A stretch of 58,918 nucleotides of DNA, filler included, from a bacterium UBP13_UBA5359 (GCA_002410925.1; 5 parts of 5 records of this genome joined end to end with filler, not necessarily neighbours in it); one strand, 5' to 3'. Shown: positions 49,530 through 58,918, counted from the first letter of the whole stretch. Made by a program: numbers and translations. Notes: generated from the sequence alone by a model not told the origin.

Positions 49530-51664
49530 AGATTATGCGAATGCGTTTTAGAAATAGAGAGAATAAAGAAACGATAAATGGGCATTGCGGCTTAGCTTGC
49601 CGGAAATGCGGTGGCAAAGGCGCTCGTCTTCGTTTTGCGGGCTTTGGCGCCAGGAGCCAGCCTTCTTTCACCAGCGCCGACGCGGCAAGCCGGTGCTCCG
49701 CCGGGCTGCGGCGACTGGCTTTGGTGGGTAATCCCAATGTAGGTAAGAGTGTTATCTTTGGAGAATTGACAGGGCGTTATGCTGTCGTCTCCAATTACCC
49801 CGGCACTACAGTGGAGGTCAGCCGTGGCCAGGGACTTATAGGTGGCCGTCTGTACGATATCACGGATACACCGGGGATCAACAGCCTGACGCCTCTGTCC
49901 GAGGATGAGAGAGTTACCAGGGACTGGTTGCTGCATAATCGTCCTGAGGCTGTTCTTCAGGTAGCAGATGCTAAGAACATGCGCCGTAATATCATACTTT
50001 CTCTACAATTAGCGGAAATGGGCTTGCCCATGGTTATGGCGCTCAACATGCAGGATGAGGCGCACAGCCGTGGCATTGATGTGGATGCTTCTGCGCTTCA
50101 AAATGCACTCGGTATCCGGGTGGTGCCTACGGTGGCTGTAGAAGGGAGCGGATTGCAGGAGCTAAAGAGGGCGCTTGTCGCGCCATCAAAATCCAGCCTG
50201 ATTGTTGATTACGATCAGCGTATAGAGGATGCTCTGTCTGAATTCGAGAGTATTCTTGGCCGGTCCGATGGCGCCATGCTTGAAGATAAATGTGGCGTTA
50301 CTCTACGCAGTTTGGGCTTGATGTATCTGTGTGGTGATCCCTGGCTGACGGAATGGCTGGGGAGTAATTATGGGACCGGCAAAATGGAGCAGCTGGAAGC
50401 GTTGGCTCAGGAAGTGAGAACGGCGTATAACCGCTCGTTGGATTATATTATCGCCGAACAACGCCTGAAGGTTGCCGATGGCATTATCAACAGTGTGGTT
50501 TCCCGGGGAACGGCAACACAGAGCCTGGGAGAGCGGCTGGGAGATTTAACCACCAGGCCCTTGACGGGAATACCCATATTTTTGGCAGTGGTTTACCTTA
50601 TCTTCAAGCTGGTTGGGCAGTTCGGTGCCGGTACATTGGTGAATTTGATTGAAACCGATCTCTTCGGCAATCATATTCTTCCCTGGCTATCAGCCATAAT
50701 AAAAGATCATGTGCCCTGGCCTTTGCTACAGGATGCCCTTATGGGCAAATATGGTCTGATCAGTATGGGGCTTACCTATGCTATTGCCATAGTTATGCCT
50801 ATTGTGGGCACCTTCTTTCTGGCTTTCGGCCTGCTGGAGGATTCCGGGTATCTGCCTCGATTGACGGTTATGGCTAATAGAATATTCCGGCTTATCGGTC
50901 TTAACGGCAAAGCTGTGCTGCCTATGGTGCTGGGCCTGGGCTGTGCCACCATGGCTACCTTGACTACTCGCATACTGGACAGCAAAAAGGAACGGCTGAT
51001 CGCTACCATATTGCTGGCTCTGGGCATTCCATGTTCGGCCCAGCTGGGAGTGATGCTGGGCATGATATCCTGGCTTTCTGCAGGCGCTTTGGTCTTTGTC
51101 ATGACCGTGGTGGCTTTTCAACTCTTTTTGGTCGGATGGCTGGCATCGATAATCCTGCCCGGAGAGAGAGCGGATTTCATTCAGGAGCTGTCGCCCATTC
51201 GCTGGCCGCAGATATCCAACATTGTCTGGAAGACACTGTTGCGAGTAAAATGGTTTCTGGCTGAGGCCGTACCGTATTTTCTGGCGGGAACCTTCTTGCT
51301 CTTTATACTTGATGCTACCGGCGGTCTTGCTTCAATCATACGTCTGTCGGCACCGGTAATCTCCGGTTTGCTGGGGCTGCCGGACAGGGCTGTGGAGTTT
51401 TTTATTTTGGGCTTTATGAGAAGAGATTACGGTGCGGCCGGGCTGTACGCTCTGGCTCGGCAGGGAATTCTGACGCGCCATCAAATGATAGTCAGTCTGG
51501 TTACTATTACTCTTTTCGTTCCCTGCATAGCCAATTTCTTTATTATCATCAAGGAACGCGGTCTGACCACGGCTCTGGCTATAGTGGCTTTTATCCTGCC
51601 GTATGCCGTTCTTAACGGCTGGCTGGTAAGATTGATACTATCTATAGGAGTGATACCACTGTGA
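49520..51664 (+). CDS. feoB: ferrous iron transporter FeoB with an N-terminal extension (start uncertain: 49520/49535/49541)
   Basis: GNPNVGKS, SNYPGTTV, DTPG, NMQD, LEDSGYLPR, LGC, PCSAQ, LFVPCIA. Confidence 0.95.
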   Translation: MGLKIMRMRFRNRENKETINGHCGLACRKCGGKGARLRFAGFGARSQPSFTSADAASRCSAGLRRLALVGNPNVGKSVIFGELTGRYAVVSNYPGTTVEVSRGQGLIGGRLYDITDTPGINSLTPLSEDERVTRDWLLHNRPEAVLQVADAKNMRRNIILSLQLAEMGLPMVMALNMQDEAHSRGIDVDASALQNALGIRVVPTVAVEGSGLQELKRALVAPSKSSLIVDYDQRIEDALSEFESILGRSDGAMLEDKCGVTLRSLGLMYLCGDPWLTEWLGSNYGTGKMEQLEALAQEVRTAYNRSLDYIIAEQRLKVADGIINSVVSRGTATQSLGERLGDLTTRPLTGIPIFLAVVYLIFKLVGQFGAGTLVNLIETDLFGNHILPWLSAIIKDHVPWPLLQDALMGKYGLISMGLTYAIAIVMPIVGTFFLAFGLLEDSGYLPRLTVMANRIFRLIGLNGKAVLPMVLGLGCATMATLTTRILDSKKERLIATILLALGIPCSAQLGVMLGMISWLSAGALVFVMTVVAFQLFLVGWLASIILPGERADFIQELSPIRWPQISNIVWKTLLRVKWFLAEAVPYFLAGTFLLFILDATGGLASIIRLSAPVISGLLGLPDRAVEFFILGFMRRDYGAAGLYALARQGILTRHQMIVSLVTITLFVPCIANFFIIIKERGLTTALAIVAFILPYAVLNGWLVRLILSIGVIPL

Positions 51665-51959
51665 AGCATTATTATGACGAAGCGCTGGAAGAGATATGGA
51701 TGCTGCTGGAGCGAGAAGAGAATACCATCGACCGGGTGCAGGCTTGCCTTGAAAGAACCGGTGGAGCGGCTTCATTGCAAGATCTGCTGACGGCTAAATA
51801 TATTACCCTGGATAAGGAGAAGGTCCGTTTTACCGGCTTGGGTGAAGAGCATGCCCGCAATATTATCAGACGTCATCGATTGGCGGAGCGTCTGCTGGCC
51901 GATGTCCTGGGAATGACCGAGGTTGAGGGGCAGGCTTGTAAAATGGAGCACATCCTCTC
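51661..51959 (+). CDS. DtxR/MntR-like metal-dependent regulator, 3' partial
   Basis: DEALEEIW, T..G...A..IIRRHRLAERLL.DVL, AC.MEH. Confidence 0.85.
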
Positions 51960-52059
51960 NNNNNNNNNNNNNNNNNNNNNNNNNNNNNNNNNNNNNNNNN
52001 NNNTTAATTAATTAANNNNNNNNNNNNNNNNNNNNNNNNNNNNNNNNNNNNNNNNNNNN
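51960..52059. other. artificial contig linker
   Basis: N-run with TTAATTAATTAA at 52004-52015. Confidence 0.98.
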
Positions 52060-52061
52060 AT

Positions 52062-52889
52062 TTCATAGATGAATGGCATGCCAACAATTATCCCCAAATG
52101 ATCCGAGAGAGCACCCTGAAGGACAGGTTTGATGTATCACTTGCCTGGGAGGAGATAACCCCTGAGGGGAAGAAAAACCTGGATCAATGGTGTCAGGAGC
52201 AGCAGGTTGGCAAGGCTGCAAGCATTGAGCAGATAGTGGAGGAATGTGATTGTATAATAGTGCTGTCTCCCGACAATGCCGAGCGTCATGAAGACCTGGC
52301 TGATCTGCCGCTGAGAAGCGGCAAGCCGGTTTATATTGACAAGCCGATAGCGCCATCTCTGGCAGCCGCCTCAAGATTGTTCGCCAAGGCGGAAAGATAT
52401 GGCACTCCCATGATGTCATCTTCAGCTCTACGCTTCGGTTCAGCTCTGCAGAAAGCTTTGGATGAAGAGTTAAAGGAACAAAGAGTCAATTTTGTCTCCG
52501 TCAGAGGCGGCGGAGTATTTCATATATATGCCATTCATCAGTTGGAGATGCTGGTGATGGCGATGGGAACTGGGGCACGGAGAGTGATGCAATGTGGAAC
52601 AACGGAAGTGCCGCTGATGGTCGTGGACTATGAAGATGGGCGCAGAGGCAGTATCAATCTCCTGCGCGGATATGCATTTCAACTCAGCGCTCAATACGGA
52701 GAGAATAAAGCACTGGCGATAGACACTATGGACGATTTCTTTCCCCTCTTTATAGAAGCTATGCTGACTTTCTTTGATAGTGGGAAATCCGTAATACCAC
52801 AGGAGCAGACGCTGGAGATAGCTGCTTTGATAGAAGCAGGCAACGCCGCCCTGCTTCAGCCGGATACCTGGGTGAAGGTACCGGGGTAA
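52062..52889 (+). CDS. Gfo/Idh/MocA-like NAD(P)-dependent oxidoreductase, 5' partial
   Basis: Frame open from the contig start (FIDEWHANNYP), GKPVYIDKP, SSSALRF, YAIHQLE. Confidence 0.78.
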   Translation, partial: FIDEWHANNYPQMIRESTLKDRFDVSLAWEEITPEGKKNLDQWCQEQQVGKAASIEQIVEECDCIIVLSPDNAERHEDLADLPLRSGKPVYIDKPIAPSLAAASRLFAKAERYGTPMMSSSALRFGSALQKALDEELKEQRVNFVSVRGGGVFHIYAIHQLEMLVMAMGTGARRVMQCGTTEVPLMVVDYEDGRRGSINLLRGYAFQLSAQYGENKALAIDTMDDFFPLFIEAMLTFFDSGKSVIPQEQTLEIAALIEAGNAALLQPDTWVKVPG

Positions 52890-52906
52890 TGTGAGAACCG
52901 ATAATC

Positions 52907-54043
52907 ATGCCCGGAGAGATCTGCAAACGGAGTGTGCAAAGGAGCTTGAAACCAATAATTAACAAAGAGCAACCGAGAACCGCCGTTGCAGGCGGTTCTC
53001 CCGAGCCCTTATATGCTGCTTTAATCAATGATATCAGACGGCGGATAGAGATAGGAGAACTCCAGCCTGGAGATAAGCTTCCGGCCACCCTAAAGATGGC
53101 TGCACAATATGGTGTTTGCCACAAGACGGTGCAACTGGCCATGAAAGCGCTTGCCCGGGAAGGTCTGCTGATACGCCGCAAATATTTCGGAACTTTTGTA
53201 GCCTCCGGAGATGTCGGCAGCGCGAAAAAACCGGCAGAGCCGCATGTAGCTCTGCTGATGAAGTATATTAAAGAGAGAACTGCTTCCGATATCTTTGATA
53301 CAGATATCGTTGATGGAGTTATGGAAGCTGCCGCAGCTTACGGCTGTCGGGTTGATGTTAATCTCTATTCCAGGTTGGACACTCTGGCCATGGATAGATC
53401 CCTGACAGGATTTCTGTTGGTTCGCCCCGGCCGGGAAGAGGCTTTGCAGATTAAACGTCTGGGATTGCCTACCGTATTGCTGGATATTGCTCATGCCAGA
53501 TTAGGGCTGGGTTTTGCTCGCAGCGACAACGCCAGAGGGATACGGACTGCTTTGCAGCACCTTATCCGGCAGGGACATCGAAAGATTCTCTATTTACATA
53601 GCGATTGCAGCAATCCGTATAACTTCTCCGGCATAGAGCGGTATAAGACCTTCATGGCGGCAGCCGATGAATATAAGCTGCCGATGGAGAATTCTTCTCT
53701 GCTCTTTGCCGATTTCTCCGGCTTGCCGGAAGGTTCCGAATATACTGCATTGCTTACTGATGGGGTAATGTCTACCAGGCATACCCTTAACATATTGCTG
53801 CGGCAGGGCATACGGTGTCCGCAGGATATTTCCTTTATCGGGTTTGATGATGTGGATCCCGTCGATTTCCAGGCGCTGCCGCTTACCGTCATCAGACAGC
53901 GCCTGGACGAAGTCGGCCGGGCCGGGCTGAAGCTTCTTCTGGACCAGGATCGCGACTGGCGCAGAGCAAAAATTCTGGTATCTCCCGAGCTTATAATCCG
54001 GGGCTCTACCGCTTCACATCAGAGCCTTTCATCCTCCCGTTAA
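52907..54043 (+). CDS. GntR-HTH/LacI-sensor hybrid (AraR-type) regulator
   Basis: PLY..L...I..GEL.PGDKLP, GTFV; GHRKI, P.DISFIGFDD, LTVIRQ, PELIIRGS. Confidence 0.88.
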   Translation: MPGEICKRSVQRSLKPIINKEQPRTAVAGGSPEPLYAALINDIRRRIEIGELQPGDKLPATLKMAAQYGVCHKTVQLAMKALAREGLLIRRKYFGTFVASGDVGSAKKPAEPHVALLMKYIKERTASDIFDTDIVDGVMEAAAAYGCRVDVNLYSRLDTLAMDRSLTGFLLVRPGREEALQIKRLGLPTVLLDIAHARLGLGFARSDNARGIRTALQHLIRQGHRKILYLHSDCSNPYNFSGIERYKTFMAAADEYKLPMENSSLLFADFSGLPEGSEYTALLTDGVMSTRHTLNILLRQGIRCPQDISFIGFDDVDPVDFQALPLTVIRQRLDEVGRAGLKLLLDQDRDWRRAKILVSPELIIRGSTASHQSLSSSR

Positions 54044-54116
54044 ACCTCCTGGTCTCTCTAACAACCGGCTTCTGTTCCCTGATTTGTAATCGTACTCAAG
54101 GTTGTAAAATTACCTA

Positions 54117-54145
54117 TTGACAGAGGGGCGGCCATGTAGTAAAAT
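54117..54145 (+). promoter_or_regulatory. sigma70/sigmaA promoter
   Basis: TTGACA-17bp-TAAAAT. Confidence 0.8.
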
Positions 54146-54165
54146 TTATACAGGTTTAAACAGGT
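54146..54165 (+). promoter_or_regulatory. tandem 10-bp direct repeat over the TSS, candidate operator
   Basis: TTATACAGGT TTAAACAGGT. Confidence 0.45.
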
Positions 54166-54194
54166 TAATAATACGGGCGGCAAAGAGAGAGGCC

Positions 54195-55322
54195 ATGATC
54201 GGCAAAGGAAAGAGACGAAACAAGGGTCCCCAGCCCATATACAGGTGTTTGCAGGAGAGCATCGTTGCCAAGGTGAGCAGAGGCGAATTCCAGCCTGATG
54301 ATGCACTCCCTTCCGAAAATCATCTGGCTGAAGAATACGGCATCAGCCGTGGCTCCGTTCGTACTGCCCTAAAAGAGCTGCAAAACAAAGGCATAATCTA
54401 TTCTGTAGTCGGCAAGGGTAGTTTTATCAATAGGCAGATATCCGATCAACCATCAATTAAACAGGATAGAATCGCCTTTATTGTACCCAGTCTCGATGGT
54501 TCGGATTTACAGATATACCGGGGTATTGAAGATACCCTAAACAAAGCCGGCTATATGCTCTCCATCTTCAATTCGCAAAGAAGTATTGAACAGGAAAATA
54601 AGAACCTGAAGCTGTTGCTGGAAGGCAAAGAAAAGGGAGCCATTATCTTTCCCAACTGGGGCAGGACTAATGCTGAAGCCCTGTTTGAATTGAAGATGGC
54701 CGGCTATCCCTTTGTGTTGATTGACAGGTACTTCCGGGAGCTGGAAACGGATTACGTTGTTACCGATAATAAGAAAGGCGGATTTCTGGCCACTGAGCAT
54801 TTGATAAAGCTGGGACATAAGAGGATAGGGATTATTCCGGGCTTGAAGTGCACGGCTATCGAGGATCGCCTTGAGGGATATCGCGAAGCTCTGGCCCGAT
54901 ATGGCCTTGTCCACGATCCGGCTCTGGCTAGACATCTGGAGAGAGCCGATGCAGAAAAGAGCGAGCCGTCGGCGGAGATAGGATATAATGAGGCTGTGAA
55001 CCTGCTTAAAGAGAGGCCAACGGCTATCTTTGCCACCAACGACTTTTTGGCGCAGGGAGCTATCAGGGCAATACAGGATGCCGGTATGAATATTCCCGAG
55101 GATATATCGGTTGTTGGCTTTGACAACCAGGGGTTTACCGAGCTGCTTGATCCATCCCTGACTACGGTAGCTCAGCCATGCTATAACATGGGGCAAAGAG
55201 CAGCCGAAATAGTTCTTAGAAAATTGAATAACGATCAGAGAAGTAAGGAAATTAAACGTATCACTCTGAAGCCGGAACTAATAATGCGGCGAAGTTGCTT
55301 GAGTCCGGCGACAAGAGAATAG
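54195..55322 (+). CDS. GntR-HTH/LacI-sensor hybrid (AraR-type) regulator
   Basis: LPSE..LAE.YGISR.SVR.AL, GKGSF; PFVLIDR, LGHKRIG, IPEDISVVGFD, LTTVAQP. Confidence 0.92.
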   Translation: MIGKGKRRNKGPQPIYRCLQESIVAKVSRGEFQPDDALPSENHLAEEYGISRGSVRTALKELQNKGIIYSVVGKGSFINRQISDQPSIKQDRIAFIVPSLDGSDLQIYRGIEDTLNKAGYMLSIFNSQRSIEQENKNLKLLLEGKEKGAIIFPNWGRTNAEALFELKMAGYPFVLIDRYFRELETDYVVTDNKKGGFLATEHLIKLGHKRIGIIPGLKCTAIEDRLEGYREALARYGLVHDPALARHLERADAEKSEPSAEIGYNEAVNLLKERPTAIFATNDFLAQGAIRAIQDAGMNIPEDISVVGFDNQGFTELLDPSLTTVAQPCYNMGQRAAEIVLRKLNNDQRSKEIKRITLKPELIMRRSCLSPATRE

Positions 55323-55343
55323 AATATAGGGAGGTGTCTGGTA

Positions 55344-56072
55344 ATGAGTATAAGAATGAAACGAGGGAGAGGTTTCACACTTATAGAACTATTAGTTGTT
55401 ATAGCAATCATCTCTCTGCTCGCAGCTATCTTATTCCCAGTCTTCGGCAAGGCCAGAGAAAAGGCGCGTCAGGCAACTTGCACCAATAATCTGAAGCAGA
55501 TTGGGATGGCGGTGATGCAGTATTCGCAGGATTGGGATGAGTTTCTTCCCCATGCAGGTAATGCACATGGGTTTGCCTCTGGAATTTTAAACTGGAAACA
55601 GTTAGTGGCTCCGTATCTGTCCGTTGTTTCCCCCGTCACAACTCATACGGTTGAAACAGGTGTCTTTAGGTGCCCCAGCCAACCAAACAAGACTTGTGGG
55701 AATGCAGCTTATGGTGATAATGGCGGATACGGTGGATACGGCTGGAATATACAATATATGGGATGGCGTAACGAAATCGTGGGTGATTGTCAGCCTTGGA
55801 TTAATCTTGCAGATATAGCAAGTCCTTCCAACACCATTCTTGTAGGAGAGACGAGTGATTATTATGCCTATGATGGAAGTGGTACGGATCGCTCATATCG
55901 CTGCTTTGCAATTTATTATCAACCTGCTTGGGGTGAAGGTGCTGATTTTGCATGCAAGCGGCATAACAATGGCGGCAACTATGCTTGGTGTGACGGACAT
56001 GTGTCATGGATATCGGCGGATGCTATGCTCAGCAAGGCTCAACAATGGTTCAACCCCAACCGGTACCGGTAA
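55344..56072 (+). CDS. type IV prepilin-like protein (N-methylation motif, DUF1559, H-X9-DG)
   Basis: [63 protein letters not shown]. Confidence 0.92.
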   Translation: MSIRMKRGRGFTLIELLVVIAIISLLAAILFPVFGKAREKARQATCTNNLKQIGMAVMQYSQDWDEFLPHAGNAHGFASGILNWKQLVAPYLSVVSPVTTHTVETGVFRCPSQPNKTCGNAAYGDNGGYGGYGWNIQYMGWRNEIVGDCQPWINLADIASPSNTILVGETSDYYAYDGSGTDRSYRCFAIYYQPAWGEGADFACKRHNNGGNYAWCDGHVSWISADAMLSKAQQWFNPNRYR

Positions 56073-56167
56073 AGAACTCACAAATATATTTTACTGTATG
56101 GCGACAACTACGACAACTGAATAAGGTCTGATGAAAACCACAAACAAAAATATGGAGGTTGAACATT

Positions 56168-58819
56168 ATGAAACCGGCAAGCATTGGTATTTCGGTTATG
56201 CTGGCAGTAGCATTGTTGTTTTGGGGAATGCCCGGCGCACGTGCGTCGTCGGATGGTCTTGTGGCTTACTGGCCTATGGATGAGGGACAGGGTAACGTCA
56301 TCAAGGATAAAAGCGGCAATGGTAATGATGGCACTATACGCGGCGGCGTAAAATGGATTGATGGAAAACATGGTAAGGCGCTGGAGTTTAATGGGATTGA
56401 TAGCTATGTTGACTGCGGAAACAAGGACAGCCTGAATATTTCTGAGGAGATAACTATAGCAGCCTGGGTTAAATTGTATTCGCTGAAAGGCGGCGGTATA
56501 GTTAGCAAGTATGGAGGCAAAACCGGGGGGTATTTCCTGGCGCCTTGCTGGCGGGATGACGGCCTTCCGTATTTTTTTATAAGAGAAACAAAAACAGGGG
56601 CTACGGTATCAATAATTGGAAATCGACACAAATTAGAGCTGAATAAATGGTATCATCTTGTGGCTACTGCTAAAAAAGGCGACAAGATTAAACTATATAT
56701 AGATGGTGTTCTTGTCGGAGAAAACAAGGCCATGGATAAGTCTTTTAGCAATGATATCGATAGCCTGGTTATAGGAAGGTACAGCGAATCACTTAATGGC
56801 GCCATTGAAGATATAAAGATATATAACAGGGTACTCTCTGGAGAAGAGATCAAGAGGAATGAGGCACAGGCATTCCCTGTGGAGAAGCTGAACCAGATGA
56901 AGCAAAAAATTCAGGGTTTGATGAGCCAGGTTGATGCTTTGCTTGGAAAGCATTCTGCAAACGGATATCTGATTAATGTAAAGAACCACACCCTGGCCTT
57001 GAAGACCAGGGTGGATGGCTATGCCGACCACACAGAAGCTTTAACCTTGGGGCAAATTAATGCCTTAAATATAAGTATACCACAAGAGATATTTATGCTC
57101 GGCAAAGCAATTAATGCCTTTAAAAGCAGCAGAATACAGGGCCGAGATGCATATGTTTTTGCTAAACAACCCATTTCGAATAATCGGATAAAACCGGATG
57201 CAGTGTTTATAGCGGATGAAACCGTTAAGAAAATAAAGATTCGCGCCTGTCCCGGAGAATATGAAGCTGCGAGTTTAATAATATGTGCTGTGCATGATTT
57301 AAATAATTTGCTGCTTACTCCTACAGTTCTAAAAAATACATCTGGCGGTGTCATTTCTCAGAATAATATAGATGTTAGAATAGTGAAATGGTGGTATCAG
57401 GCTGGCGATGGAATTATTAAAACGTGCGGAAAACATTTCATTCCTGAACTAATCCTGCATGACGACTTGCTGGTGAAAGTGGATGAAACGGCCAGCGACA
57501 ATTTTGTCAGATTGGCTTACCCCGAGGGTGATAAGTATGTGCGTATAAGCAGTGATAAACCGCTGCCGGGTATTGGCTCACGTCCAAGCTTAAGCACATT
57601 TCCTGTCAAAGATGAACCTAGTCTTATGCCTGCAAGTATTAGCAAAGGCAGAAACAAGCAGTACTGGTTGACTATCAATGTCCCCCAGAATGCAACTGCG
57701 GGTACATACAAGGGTAAAATAGCTTTAACTGCTAACAAAAAAGCAATTGAGCCGGACACCATAGATTTGGAAGTAGAGGTGCTGCCTATAAAGCTATTGA
57801 AGCCATACTATACATCAAGCATTTATTACCGAGGTTATCTTAGCAATAATGGCGGTACAATCTCTTCCGAGGAAAAAACCAAACAGCAACTGGAGGCAGA
57901 ACTTAAGAATATGTACCAGCATGGCGTAACCAATCCAACGTGTTATCAACCATTCGATAAAGCCCTGTTAGGCGAGTATCTGTCAATCCGGCAGAAGATA
58001 GGCATGAAGGGGCCGTTGTACTATCTGGGATTCATATCCGATCGCGATATTTATCCTGCTGCATTTTCTACTGGTTTGCAGCAAAATAAAAATGCTCAGC
58101 AAATGCTGATAAAGCGTACGAAAGAACTCTCTGATTTTGCCAGAGCCTATGGCATAGATGATGTGTATATATACGGTATAGATGAGGCTGAGGGAAGCCG
58201 TCTGGCAAGTCAAAGAGAGGGCTGGCAGACAATACATGATGCCGGAGCCAAAATTTTTGTTGCCGGAAGTAAAAACGAGAATATATCTCGGATGGGCGAT
58301 ATACAAGATTTGTTGGTATGCTTTGGTGATCTTGCTGCCAATGAGTCTAAAGCCTGGCATGATAAGGGGCATAAAATATGGTCGTATGGAAATCCTCAAG
58401 GCGGGATAGAAGAGCCTGAAACTTATAGAAGAAACTACGGACTTCTGCTCTGGCAGAACGACTATGATGGCGGTTGCACTTATGCTTATCAAAACGGTAG
58501 CGTTAGTACAATGACATGGAACGATTTTGAATCAAATAATGGATACCGCCACCATAACATGACTTATCCAACGGTTGACGGCGTGATAGATACCATTCAG
58601 TGGGAGGGCTATCGTGAAGGCGTGGACGATGTTAGGTACCTTACCACTCTGATTAACGCCGTTGAGAGCGCCAAGGTATCAAAAGATGAGAGACGGGTAA
58701 AGGCTGCACGGGAAGCAGAGAAGTACTTGGCAGAGTTAAAAACGGTCGATCTAAGCACCCGTGATTTGAGCACAGTCCGGTCGGAGATTATCCGCAGCAT
58801 AATCAGTCTTGGCAAATGA
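56168..58819 (+). CDS. secreted LamG/ConA-like lectin domain plus GH123-like glycoside hydrolase
   Basis: Signal peptide; LVAYWPMDEG.G....D.SGNG, W..GK.GKAL.F.G, W.HLVAT, LYIDG; GEYE.AS, YGIDEA, WEGYREGVDDVRY. Confidence 0.75.
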   Translation: MKPASIGISVMLAVALLFWGMPGARASSDGLVAYWPMDEGQGNVIKDKSGNGNDGTIRGGVKWIDGKHGKALEFNGIDSYVDCGNKDSLNISEEITIAAWVKLYSLKGGGIVSKYGGKTGGYFLAPCWRDDGLPYFFIRETKTGATVSIIGNRHKLELNKWYHLVATAKKGDKIKLYIDGVLVGENKAMDKSFSNDIDSLVIGRYSESLNGAIEDIKIYNRVLSGEEIKRNEAQAFPVEKLNQMKQKIQGLMSQVDALLGKHSANGYLINVKNHTLALKTRVDGYADHTEALTLGQINALNISIPQEIFMLGKAINAFKSSRIQGRDAYVFAKQPISNNRIKPDAVFIADETVKKIKIRACPGEYEAASLIICAVHDLNNLLLTPTVLKNTSGGVISQNNIDVRIVKWWYQAGDGIIKTCGKHFIPELILHDDLLVKVDETASDNFVRLAYPEGDKYVRISSDKPLPGIGSRPSLSTFPVKDEPSLMPASISKGRNKQYWLTINVPQNATAGTYKGKIALTANKKAIEPDTIDLEVEVLPIKLLKPYYTSSIYYRGYLSNNGGTISSEEKTKQQLEAELKNMYQHGVTNPTCYQPFDKALLGEYLSIRQKIGMKGPLYYLGFISDRDIYPAAFSTGLQQNKNAQQMLIKRTKELSDFARAYGIDDVYIYGIDEAEGSRLASQREGWQTIHDAGAKIFVAGSKNENISRMGDIQDLLVCFGDLAANESKAWHDKGHKIWSYGNPQGGIEEPETYRRNYGLLLWQNDYDGGCTYAYQNGSVSTMTWNDFESNNGYRHHNMTYPTVDGVIDTIQWEGYREGVDDVRYLTTLINAVESAKVSKDERRVKAAREAEKYLAELKTVDLSTRDLSTVRSEIIRSIISLGK

Positions 58820-58882
58820 AGCAATCTATTAACTGCAACATATAATCCAACTATGTGTTATCAGGAAGGAAGGAAGGAAAGT

Positions 58883-58918
58883 ATGAAACTGCACATTCAA
58901 TACCAGCCGGATGCTCTG
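58883..58918 (+). CDS. 5' end of an unidentified gene (partial)
   Basis: ATG after a purine-rich (AGGA)n RBS, open to the window end. Confidence 0.4.
   Translation, partial: MKLHIQYQPDAL

Noticed and set aside
23761-52059. Four identical TTAATTAATTAA motifs inside N-runs, and gene adjacencies across them
   Set aside because: These are artificial six-frame-stop contig linkers and have no biological meaning
58863-58878. (AGGA)n repeat before the last ORF
   Set aside because: A short purine-rich RBS region, too short to argue for phase variation

Overview
The window is a pseudo-scaffold of five unrelated contigs joined by artificial N44-TTAATTAATTAA-N44 linkers (23761-23860, 38806-38905, 45674-45773, 51960-52059), so gene neighbourhoods across linkers mean nothing. 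It comes from a probably anaerobic, Terrabacteria-like bacterium; SecY and the pilin-like proteins look Armatimonadota-like, which is inference only. Contig 1 holds a complete S10-spc-alpha ribosomal superoperon (end of tuf through rplQ, then truA), followed by alkaline phosphatase, rhamnulokinase-like and sugar isomerase genes, an orphan groES and a GT-C glycosyltransferase. Two things stand out there. First, a second, divergent EF-G (EF-G II type, DTPGY/RRISI) sits between rplE and rpsN, and its only well-placed start is a non-canonical ACG. Second, many intergenic spacers are expanded and fold into GU-rich rod-like hairpins, some with 7/8-nt periodic repeats. Contig 2 has an IclR-led tandem pair of QueG/reductive-dehalogenase-like Fe-S proteins, a gap-porCDAB operon behind a terminator-containing leader, a PocR hybrid kinase, an MBL-rhodanese, an M48 peptidase, a PP2C phosphatase and murT. 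Contigs 3 and 5 have 'regulator - type IV pilin-like (DUF1559/H-X9-DG) - hydrolase' loci, one broken by an apparent 10-bp microhomology deletion. Contig 4 has LacI/PHP/isomerase genes and a fur-ccdA-feoB-dtxR operon whose promoter is bracketed by two perfect palindromes. No rRNA, tRNA, CRISPR array, transposase or phage gene was recognised. All family calls are from motif recognition, and all RNA folds were paired by eye; no searches were run.
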